A stretch of DNA of 64,000 bases, taken from positions 78,556,001-78,620,000 of the forward strand of contig CM052817.1 in NCBI GenBank assembly GCA_028534125.1, read 5' to 3'. Source of the stretch: Lama glama (lineage: Eukaryota). This document shows, one piece after another, positions 53,490-64,000 of the stretch; positions within the stretch are counted from its first letter, which is position 1; each line of letters begins with the position of its first letter. The notes under the pieces are model-generated. The model was not told where the DNA came from. It made no database searches and saw only the letters and a list, made by a program, of their open reading frames with translations. The position numbers were made by a program, and so were the translations under genes.

Positions 53490-53784
53490 CATAGTTACAT
53501 ATGGCTCAAGGCGTCTGTCAGCCTTACCTGTGTAGCTGGTAATAATAACTCCGCAATGTGGTAACACTGATCTAAAGAAGTGTTTAGAAAGAACATTGTC
53601 TTTTTTTTTGTTTGAATAGTCAAGTCTTTAAGATATCCTGAGTCAGTTTACATATTTACTGACCAAGGGTAAATTAAAACATCTAAAATTCATACATTTT
53701 AAAATTCATAGACGTGATCTAGCAATTTTACTGCATTGATATCTACGACTAGAGTATAGGGCCTTAGGTAATTAATTAATTCTG

Positions 53785-54058
53785 ATTTCTTATTGAAGTT
53801 GATTTGCAATGTTACTTTCAGATGTACAGCGAAGCAATTCAATTCTACGTATACATACATATATATATATATTTTAAAATTCTCTTCCATTGTAAGTTAT
53901 TACAAGGAATTGAATATAGTTCCCTGTGCTTTGCAGCAGGTCCTTGGTGTTTGTCGATTTTATACATAGTAGTGTGTATCTGTTAATCCCAAACTCCTAA
54001 TCTATCCCTCCCCGCCTTTCTCCTCAGTAACCAGTTTGTTTTCTAAGTCGTGAGTCCA
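53785..54058 (-). mobile_element. L1 3' end (artiodactyl-type)
   Basis: ttattgaagttgatttgcaatgtt...ttgaatatagttccctgtgc...ttaatcccaaactcctaa. Confidence 0.85.
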
Positions 54059-54859
54059 AGAAAGAACACTGTCTTGCCAGAAAGTACTCTCCTTGGCACT
54101 GTTGTCTTTGGGCCCCTTGCACAGGTATCCTGTTGCACACTCATTTCGTAGCACATCATGGCGTGATTGCTTCTTTGAATGGAAATCCTATATCTTTGCA
54201 TTTTTCATTATAATTCCTCTGCCTCTTCTGCTATGGCAGTTTAACAAAAGACAGATTTTCTATTAGCTCCAGAGAGCCATGTGGTGATTTATGAATAAAC
54301 AAGAACTTTGCTAGAGAGCTCCAAGTTTGGTTTGAGGAAAAAAGGGATTTGCACTAGTCCAGTCCTAGGGGAAAAAACTGGATATTTTCTGTTACATATG
54401 CCCTCTTCGTCTCATCTCCACCCCTCTCGCATGTGCTGTATACTTTAAGAGTCTGGCTATTAGTCAAGCTTTGTTTCGTAAGTCTCACTGGCTGCAATAA
54501 TTTTCAGAGAAATGGACACATCACTCCATGTTTCCAAAGTGATTTCGAAGAGTCCTCATTTCTCAAGTGACTAAAATAATATCTAGAGGAAAATAATGAA
54601 CAAAGGGAAATATGGCGAAGTAAAAGACCAAGGAACTACCCATCGTTGGTCTGTAGCTATCATTCGGGTTGATGATAATTCTCTCAAAATTAGTCCAAGA
54701 GAGATCATCACATTTCTATAAATTCTTGGAGGGATCCTTTGGCAGGTAAAATAAACATGGCTTTTTCTTTAATACTCTTTCAGTATTGAGGCTGAAAAAC
54801 CTCCTTTGCTTCCTGGATCTATTTGCGTGGATTTTTAAGTGACTGTGCTATCTAGGTAG

Positions 54860-55100
54860 GAGACAGAGTGCCTCGTGGTGACTAAAAGAGCTGACTCTAG
54901 AGTCCAGTCATCTGGATTTGCAGCTCAACTGTACCATTCATTGCTTGTAAATTCAGGAGCAATGCATAAGGACCCTAAGGCTCAGCCCCCACATTTGTAA
55001 AATGGGGATAGGAGCAGTGTTGATTTCTTAGCGTTGCTGTCTGCGATAATAACATGTGAGAGCTTAGATACTAATAATTACATGAGCTTAAAGATGGGGC
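54860..55100 (+). mobile_element. MIR SINE
   Basis: ggctcagccccacatttgtaaaatggggata. Confidence 0.65.
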
Positions 55101-55769
55101 CGTCAGTCATTTACATACCACTTACCATGAACATGGTACTAAGCGGGTTCCAAAGGAAAATAAAAGTTCTTACTTCCAGTGAAATGTCTGTATATATATA
55201 TAGACACATACACACACAGTTTGTGTAGCCTGTGTGCCTGACTGTAAGAAGTCAGACAGCGAGCTCATTCTCAGCTTTAATTCTACTGCAGGAGTTGGAG
55301 TTCTTGCTGGGCCTTGATGGGTGGAGAGACTTTTCATAGATGGTGAGAACTGAGATATTTAGAGATCTATTGCCACAAAGGGAGGAACTTAAATGAAACA
55401 GAGATGGACAAACCTAAGTATGAAGGATGCTGGCAAGCCCAGTATAACCGGTCTGTCTAAAGCTGATTGGATCAAATTGTGAAAGGCTCTTAATTTCTGA
55501 CGAATGAATTTTATCTTTATTGCATAGGCCATGGGGCACTATTGAAGACCTTTGCACAAAGGTATTACGTGATCAAAGTAGATTTTAGTAAAAATAAACC
55601 TGGATATGTGCGTTATGTACTACATGGATGAGATTGACAGCTGTAATACCACTTAATGGATATTATCAAAAGTAATATTTAAAATCTTTAACAACTGTGG
55701 TAATTGAAGTATTTAATAATCAGTTCACCTGGGGCGCTCGGAACGTATCACACCTCTGAACTCTAAAGT

Positions 55770-56870
55770 CCTATATTAATTGCCTGCTTGCCATCCTTAT
55801 TTGAATGCTTACTAGGGACTTCCTTCTGCACTGTATAAAAGCTACTTTCTGATCTTCTCCCACAGAACTTGTTTTCCCCTCACAATCAATGACAACACTC
55901 ATGCTCTGGCCTAAGAACCCTGGAGTCATCCTTGACTCCTCCTTTCCTCTCACAGCCTTTACCCAATGCATCTGGACATTTTTTAAGGATCTCTGAAAAT
56001 ATATTTCAAAAGGAGAGCAGTATGTTGCCCCAGAGCCTGGAGACTTCCCGCTTTAAGTGGGGAGTGGTGAAATGAAATAAACACGCATATTTATAACTTT
56101 TCAAAATGGGAACTTTAATGATTGTTTCCTAATTTTATTCACATGAAAATTCTTAAGAGAGCATCCGGTAGTGACTGGTTTCTGTCTTTGTGTCAAAGCC
56201 TGATTCCATCGTTTACTAGTTGTGTGACCTTGGGCAGGATGCTCAGCATCTTTGCAATGACCAAGCCTCCATCGCCTCTTACCTGGATTATTGCAGTAAC
56301 CTAACAGCCTCCTTGCTTCCACTCTTGCTCTTCTCCCATCGATTATCAATCTAGTAGCCACTCTGAGTCCTTAAAATATACCATTTTATGTCACTCCTCT
56401 GCTCAAAATCTTTCAGTGGCTTCCCAGCTCACTCAGAGGGAAAGCAGAACTCTATAGTGGCACACAGGGTCCTACGCACGCTAGCTTGCACTGCTCTGAC
56501 CTCTTTCTCAGCAATCTCCCATTTGCTCACCCAGCTCCGTGTCCCAGCCACACTACTGGTCCATGAACCTGTCGTGTAGACTTCCTATTGTCTCCGCCAA
56601 GAACTATTATTCTGCTAGATAACCTCATGGCTTATCCCCTCAACTCCAACAGGTCATTGCTTCAATGTCATCTTTTCATTGAGACCTTACCTGGCCTCCC
56701 TATTTAAAACTGCTTTCCTGCTATATTTTTCCATAGCACTGTGTATCATACTCTATGTATTTCTCTTCTTTGTTCATTGCCTCCCACTTTTAGAAACTCC
56801 ATGACAGCAATTTTTGTCTGTTGTGTTCACCCTATGTTTCTCGAACCTAAAATAGTGCCAACTATTTTAG
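55770..56870 (+). mobile_element. L2 fragments, with a short MIR piece near 56200
   Basis: aaccctggagtcatccttgactcct; cacctggattattgcagtaacctaacag; tcactcctctgctcaaaatctttcagtggcttccc. Confidence 0.7.
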
Positions 56871-58269
56871 TGCAAGTACACGTAATTCTCAGACACACAG
56901 AAAGCCTCCTCCCCACCCGAGACTAAACCTATAGTGTTGCCGAATCAGGTATCTTCTCAAGAGGTTATAAAAGATCTAAAGATCAGAAATGTCAATTTCT
57001 TGGCCTCCAAACTAGCAGATTACCTCTCTTTCATACCCCATATCTGGGCTTGGACTAGAAAAGTCCCATAAAAGGCATGTCCCAAATTCTATAGCCTCAC
57101 AGGGGACATATGCCTGTGTCCCTCTAGGTTGGAACTTTGAAGCAATTCTTTCACTCCATGTCTATTTTCACTGCACATTTAGTTTTTAAGGCATATCAGA
57201 TACAACATAGGGCAAATTGGATTTTGCCAACCAGTCTGTGGTCTTAATGAAACTGCAGACTGTATGAAACCTCCATGCCTGCCTCAGCGCTGCCCAAAGC
57301 AGTAAACCATCTGACCCAGCCAGACTGCCAGCCTCTTCAGAAGGATCCCCTGGTTTTCCAAAGCAGTCAGTAACCTCTTCCTTTGCGATCCTACGGCGCT
57401 TTGTGAAGCATCAGTTCCAGCCCTTATCATAAAACCACGGTTAGCTTTATCTACCTTTCTCTCCCGAGAGGTTGCAAGCCTCTTGAAGGTAGGATCAATA
57501 TTAATCATTTTAGCTTTGGGAACTAACATGGTACCTTCAGAGTAGAGAGTAGTGATATATACTTTAGTTTAACAAATCTATTTATGTAAAAAATCTTTAG
57601 TAGGAAATCCTAGTACACTTCTACTTCTCAGAACCCAGCTGAGAAGAGAATGGCTGCAGGGATACACAAAGGTATGTGTTTTGTCTCTAAATCAGAAAGG
57701 ATCAAGTAGGAATATCAATTCACTTTTTAAAAGTTGTTCTGTTTAAATGTATTTTCTTTTTATTCACTTTATAGGCAAATATTTCACCCTTTCTTAATTT
57801 GGTTATGTGATCAACATTATTTTGCCTCCATACAAAATCCCCTTAAATTTTTTTTCTCCTAATCTTGGTGAATATTTAATAAATAAACAATGTAAATAAT
57901 CATACATGCTATGGGGGAATTTTAAAAAGGCATGAAGGTGGTCTTCAATAACATTTCCTACATTTGCACTGTGCTTTATTATATCTTATGAGATAAGTTA
58001 ATGTGTTGCAGTGTTAACTGGTGACTCCCACAAGCACACACAGTTCTTTGTTTCATGTAGCTAAATCCTTTGCTCGGTAAAGAATTTCTGTCTCGGGGCT
58101 GAATAAGTTTGTCATTGACTGCAAAAGGAAAAACAGCCCCTGTTCAGCTTTTGAATTTCCAAACAGACTCTCAAAACTCTAGAGACCATCCTGAAAACCA
58201 AAGCTTTGAATTGCAAGAGTGTATTTATGAAAATTGTATATATATATTTAATTTTAAAGATTAATTCCT

Positions 58270-58472
58270 TTTGTGTAATTTGCTTTGAAATGCCTCAAAA
58301 AGTAACATGGATTGATGGATGAAAAGAAGTGGGCAGATGGATACATACACAATAAACAAGTTGAGTGAAATTTTAATGGTATAATGTATGTGGCAGACAT
58401 AGGTACACCATAAAATCCTTTCAACTTGGCTATATATTTGAAATTTTTATAACAAAATGTTTGAGGAAAAAA
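58270..58472 (+). mobile_element. Ancient L1 3' end (L1ME-like)
   Basis: taaaatcctttcaacttggctatatatttgaaatttttataacaaaatgtt. Confidence 0.6.
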
Positions 58473-58502
58473 TCAGAATCAAGGCATAAAATCTTATGCC
58501 AT

Positions 58503-58750
58503 TAACAACAAGGGGACGGGGGGTGGGAAGGGACAGACTGGGATTTTAAAAATGTAGAATAGATAAACAAGATTATACTGTATAGCACAAGGAAATACAT
58601 ACAGGATCTTGTGGTAGCTCACAGCGAAAAAAAATGTGACAACAAATATATGTATGTTCATGTATAACTGAAAAATTGTGCTCTACACTGGAATTTGACA
58701 CAACATTGTAAAATGACTATTACTCAATAAAAAAAGTTAAAAAAGCAAAA
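58503..58750 (+). mobile_element. Younger 5'-truncated L1 with a 15-bp target site duplication (TSD)
   Basis: TSD aaaatcttatgccat at 58488-58502 and 58751-58765; polyA signal and A-tail present. Confidence 0.9.
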
Positions 58751-58795
58751 AAAATCTTATGCCATAAACAACTGATAGAAGAGAGAGTAGATGAA

Positions 58796-58992
58796 GAGAC
58801 AGATAAACAACAAAGTCCTACTGTATAAAACAGGGAACTATATTTAATAGCTTATAATGGCCTATAGTGAAAAAGAATGTGAAAAGGAATACATATATAT
58901 ATGTAAATATATTTTATTCATATAACTGAATCACTATGCTGTACACCAGAAATTACAACATTGTAAACCAACTATACTTCAGTTAAAAAAGA
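58796..58992 (+). mobile_element. L1 3' end (older subfamily)
   Basis: gataaacaacaaagtcctactgtata...ataactgaatcactatgctgtacaccagaaa...caactatacttca. Confidence 0.85.
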
Positions 58993-59667
58993 GAGAGATA
59001 GTATGACCTATTTCTTCCTTCTCTGCCGCAATGGCCCCCCTCCCCACCCCACCACCACCACAGTGCACAGAGAAGAGTAGATAAAGTTATCTAGACCTGA
59101 GGGAAAATGAGAAGAGAACAAAAAGAATAGGGAAAAAGAGTACCTGAATGCTGTGAGTCATCTTGAGGAAACTGAGTCCAGCTTTTCTACTTTCAGGGAC
59201 TCATCTCATCTGCTGAACTGCCCAGATTGAACATCAAAGAGCAGACAGAGCTTTAGCTTTACCCTTGGGTTAAGCCTGGGAACGGCGCAGGTCTTGAAGA
59301 GAAGATCTCCATAGCACCATGGCCCACAGCTGGAACTCTGGGGCATGTGTAGGTAGGAAGGTCCTGAGACAGACAGCACAACCCCAGAGTGGTCTGGAAG
59401 TGGAGCCAGAAATTTCTTACATTCCTGAGAAGGCTGCACAAGTGGTTAATTAAAGTGTCATGGATTTAAGGAGTCTTCACCATCTAGTTGATGAAAATGC
59501 AGTATTTACCACATGGATCTGAAGACAGGAGATAAGAAGAGGGACTTGGAAGCTTCACTGATTGCCACTGAGGCTATATGCCAATGAAAAGACCATAAGG
59601 AGTAGATGACACCAGCGCTAATGGCAGAGTAAGATGGTGGGTTATTGCAGCCCGGATGCCTTCACCC

Positions 59668-59846
59668 CAAAGTTGCCAGAAAAACCTAGAACATCCAGAT
59701 AAATTTGAATTTTAGATACACAAAATTTTTTTCCTAAAAGTATGTATGTCCCATACAATATTTTCTTGTTTATCAATGCAATATTTTCTGGAAATTCAAA
59801 CTTAACTGGGCATCTGTATTTTTATTTGCCATATCTGGCAACCCTA
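59668..59846. mobile_element. MER53-like palindromic hAT MITE
   Basis: gttgccaga...aaatttgaatt / aattcaaacttaactgggcatc...tctggcaaccct inverted arms. Confidence 0.75.
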
Positions 59847-60109
59847 TTCCACCTGGATTTCTTCACAAAACCTGCTTCATGGACTGTAGGTGCTGTTATG
59901 AGTAGAAGGAGACAGAAGAGAGAATTCCTGCCTGTGACTGCACTGAAAATATAAATTGCCTGAGAAAACACCAAAGTGGCTGAGATTTCCTGCAGTCAAC
60001 TGGATTAAATTATCTTCTAAAAGACAGGATGGCAGTCCTAGATTGAAACTAAATTCAGCTTAAAACACAAAGAAAATTACAATTTCGCACATGTGAGTTC
60101 TGTGGTTTG

Positions 60110-60280
60110 CAATATTTATCTGCTTCAACTTAAACTTCAGAACAGCCCTGTGAGACTGTTAGGAGAGGCATCTTTGATGTTAATAAGGATTAAGTTGAAG
60201 TTCAAAGATGTTAAGTGACTTGCCCCCGTCATCCCATTACGTGTAGGTGGCTGAACCCACACTAGAACCCAGTCCCTCCG
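60110..60280 (-). mobile_element. MIR SINE
   Basis: aacagccctgtgag...gttaagtgacttgccc...ctagaacccagtc. Confidence 0.6.
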
Positions 60281-61150
60281 GCTTAACCCTCTCAAAAAAG
60301 AACCTTTTCCCTATGTGGGGAGACATGAATAACACAGCTAAAAGTTATTGGACAAAACATAATTTACTTGTTTGATGCAGGAACCCATTAAGAAATATAA
60401 TTCAGAAAAATTTGAAGGGAAGTGAACTTTCTTGAGAACTACACATGAACTGGCTCAACCTCCGAAATCATGTCCAAACAAAATCTTACCAGTTCCCACC
60501 ACTGCTTGTCCAGAAATTAATTTCTACTGCCAATGAATGGTGGTCAAAAGAGAGGTTTAGCCTTCAAAAATTGTAATCCTATGTTTGAATGAAAAATAAA
60601 TGTTCTCTTCTCTGCCAGGACTATAATCCATAATCACTTAATGTCATTGCAAATCACTTTATTTTTCTCCTGTACTTTGCCTATGTGTTGACCTCACCTT
60701 CACTCATGTACTCATCCTTATAATAAACATTTATTGATTATGGACTGTGGATTGGGTGTTTGCTAAGTACTAGATGAGCAAAACAGATACGTCTTTCATG
60801 TATTTTCTGGTTTTTTAATATAAGATTAGGGGGACCGCTCCACTGATGAAGAAATTCATTCTGCGTCATTTCATAATCACCAAATGACTGACTTGGAGAC
60901 CTCAGGTGAAAAAGACTGCTTTCTTCCTGAGACAATACATTGCTACATTATATCAGATATTTAAATGCTATTTTTAAGTAACCAAAAATTATAGTTACGT
61001 ATAATAATCAAGAAAGAGCTTGTACGTATAAAGATGATGGAGGAATAACAGGAGACTATGGTGATGACTTGTGGGAACACAAGTGACCAAATAACATATA
61101 TTGAGAGTGCTTTGTCTGAAAACAATCCCGACTCAAAGAAAATCTCTCAA

Positions 61151-61368
61151 ATTTCGAAATTTGTAGATACTGACAGGCATATGTAGAACAGATAAACAAG
61201 ATTATACCATATAGCACAGGGAAATATATACAAGATCTTGTGGTAGCTCACAGTGAAAAAGAATGTGACAATGAATATATGTATGTTCATGTATAACTGA
61301 AAAATTGTGCTCTACACTGGAATTTGACACAGCATTGTAAAATGACTCAATGAAAAAAAAAAGTTAAA
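61151..61368 (+). mobile_element. Younger 5'-truncated L1 with a 12-bp TSD
   Basis: TSD aaaatctctcaa at 61139-61150 and 61369-61380; body closely similar to the copy at 58503. Confidence 0.9.
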
Positions 61369-64000
61369 AAAATCTCTCAATAGGATAGCCTGCAAAAATT
61401 GCAAACATTTGCTAACTGATCTTTAGTGATTTAAGGAGCATTTATTTTAAACATAAATCTTCCTCACTGGAGGAAAAAAAAGGAATCAATGATCTCACTT
61501 TTTGCTACTTATATCCATAATCCTATAGGAAAAGATATTTATCTAATTTGTGTGTCAGGCCTTACACTCCTCACAAGTATAGAAGAAGGTAAAAAGTCGT
61601 AAGACGCATTTCATCTAGAAGGTAGACGTTAGAATGAGCTAAGCATTCCTCAGTGAGAGCTCAAAGTGCCCATTTGGTCCATTATTTCCCCCCACACTCA
61701 TTAAATAAATTGTTTCTTACCAAACTAGAAACGAGGAAGACTGTGTGAGAAAGAAGGCTTATTGAGGCATTAGATTCCAAAACCCAGCTTGGGTTTGGAA
61801 GTCCCTACGAGAGATCCACCTCCATCACAGAGCTAAACAGATCAAGAACCGAAAGAATACCTATTTGCTAAACAACTCTTATGGACGTGTTATGGTAGCT
61901 CCCATGCCAAGAATTTTGCTTCCTTAATAGTGTCACAGATTTACAAACTTCTGGACCCAGAGGCTTATGTTACTCTTCTTTTTGTGTAATAAGAAAGGTG
62001 TGTCTAAAGTTTTTTCAAATGTAATTGGTGAAGTCATAGAAGGCTAGGAGATGACAAGCAAAGGTAGACTAATGATTCCAAAAGTAAGGATAATATTTTG
62101 AGCTCCAAGTACCTTTTCAGTGGAAACCCTGAGACTCTCATTCTCTCTCTTTGCTTTGCAGGCTCCTGGATGCCTTATGTTCTTTTAATCACTTAAAATG
62201 ACCAGATCTACTATAACTTCCCCCTGGATGCCGCCCTTCCCGCTCTTCCCTTCAAGGTCTGGTGGCTTCCTCCACCCACACCCCTAGTGTTGTTGTGCTG
62301 CTCCTCTGGCCGCCAAAGTGGCCTGCACTGGAGTTTCTAGGATGATTATTTTCACTGAGACAGAAAGAGTCCTCTTCCAGCTACTGCTTGCATCTCCAAA
62401 AGGACAAGGTGTGCCTTCCAGTTTTCTCCAACTCCTTCTCTTGTGAACTTGGGGCAAATCGTCGCAGCAGTGGAAAACAAAGACGTTGAGTAAGAGAGTG
62501 CCCTGCTCAAAGTATCTCTTACTTACCAACCAAGAGGAGCCCCAGTTTTTTACCTCACTTCTCCTCTTCCCTAGACAGCCATCTGTCCAACAAGTGGATG
62601 CCTCTCAAAACTCAGGGAGAGCTTTTGTCTCCCTTCTTTTGTAACAGTTTTCATTCTTGTGTCTTAGAGTGTGATTTTAGCTTACAGACTTGTGTCTCTG
62701 TTTTCCTGTGCTGCCTCGTGTTGTACTTCATTATAAAATAGAGTTCGGGGTGCGCATACACAGTGAGATCTCCTTATCTGGACATATATCTGATATTCAC
62801 ACGTAGTGGAAGCCTTCAAAATCTTTGCAATGAATGGAAAGAGTAGTATGTCATTGATTAGTCATGGGATCATCCTAACTCTCTGGTGATATTTTGGGAG
62901 ACACAACCTGGCCTCTTAATCCACTCATCTGTTTAGCTTTGAGATTTGATTATACTTCTAGAACCATAAGACTACAAACGACTCACTGAACTCATAGGTA
63001 AGAGAAAGATACATAGCTCATTTCAGTGTCTTCACCCAGGTTGCCAACTGTGAGCTTCAAACACCACAATGTGCAGCAGCTGAGCTGAGACCTGCCTTCT
63101 CATTGCCTAAGAATTTGCTGTTTTTCCAGCCAACTATTCAAACATTTCCCAGGGAATTGTAAACAGAGCCTCATACAACAATGCAACTTTTTTCCCTAAC
63201 AGGAAAAAAAAAAAAAAAAAGAAGAAGAAGAAGGATCGAAACATTCCACAGTTACTACCACTGAAAATTATATAATGGGATTCAAAGAGGAAGCAAGTAA
63301 TTGTATGAGAAAAACTCAAAAGACTTTGAGGCTCAAGCTAATCCCACATCATTATCATCAAAAACAGGGTTTGTTTAGCCCTTTACACTGACAAAGTGCC
63401 TGCACATTTTCACTCACTTTAGTATATTCTTGTCATTTATAGATGAGAAAATAAGATTTTGATAATCCAAATTATATTTTGATAAAGAAATATAGATTAA
63501 CTTTCAAAAAAGGGAAATAAGGAACGGGAAACGAGATCTTTTTTTTTTTAAACTGTGTGGTTACAGAAAGTGTGTGTCAACTTACTGTAGTTTCCAAGAA
63601 GATTTTCCCTCATAATCTTTCAAAGTGTCATAAGTTCATATTACTCTCTGAACCAGCCAAAGCACTTTCCCACGGCTTTTTACCTTGAGAACACCCAGAG
63701 CTAGAATCTGTCCCCAGTCCCTGGGAAATCTTCCCTCAGCTGGTACCAAAGTTATTAAAAGCCAATTCCTAGTGCTGTCTTTTAGTTAAAACCGGAAAGG
63801 CAAGATTGAATCTAAAGACAAGACAATACTCTTAAGCAAATTCTGTTCTGGTGGATCATCTTAAAATGTGGACACTTTTCCTTCCCACCCCCAGGTTGCA
63901 TCCTTGTTCCCAAGCATTGCTGGACATGTACTTGTTTGTCCAGGAAATACATTTCAAGCCTCTCATTCACTTTCTTTGCATTTGAAGATATACAATTACA

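Noticed and set aside
59144..59270. Exon-like segment with a CAG|gtactc donor
   Set aside because: Stop codons in the frames tested.
60490..60561. AG...GTAAG-bounded segment as a possible upstream exon
   Set aside because: It is open only in phase 2-2, and joining it to the neighbouring candidate exons creates stop codons.
1..64000. Prokaryotic-type systems (CRISPR arrays, operons) and rRNA/tRNA genes
   Set aside because: The sequence is mammalian intron/exon DNA; I saw no spaced direct-repeat array or recognisable structural RNA gene.

Overview
This is mammalian genomic DNA, not prokaryotic. It is probably a camelid or related cetartiodactyl: it has artiodactyl-type L1 3' ends and no recognisable PRE1, Bov-tA/BovB, CHR-2 or Alu SINEs (inference). 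The main content is the TNIP3 (ABIN-3, TNFAIP3-interacting protein 3) gene on the minus strand. I traced 11 coding exons by hand from 51799 down to a TAG stop at 20975-20973; all have GT-AG junctions and form one open frame with an intact UBAN DFxxER ubiquitin-binding motif. The codon matching the human start ATG reads GTG here. A canonical NF-kB site lies about 230 bp upstream of that exon, and candidate extra upstream exons are present. The 3' UTR starts with an unusually CpG/GC-rich patch. Bases 1 to about 19,800 look intergenic and repeat-rich (MIR, L2, L1, MLT1 LTRs, MER5). Most ORFs in the six-frame track are spurious. I found no evidence for a new multi-gene system. The best leads concern TNIP3 start-site and isoform structure, a possible UG-repeat-regulated cryptic exon, and the 3' CpG island. 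Human protein comparisons and repeat family names are recalled from memory, not searched.
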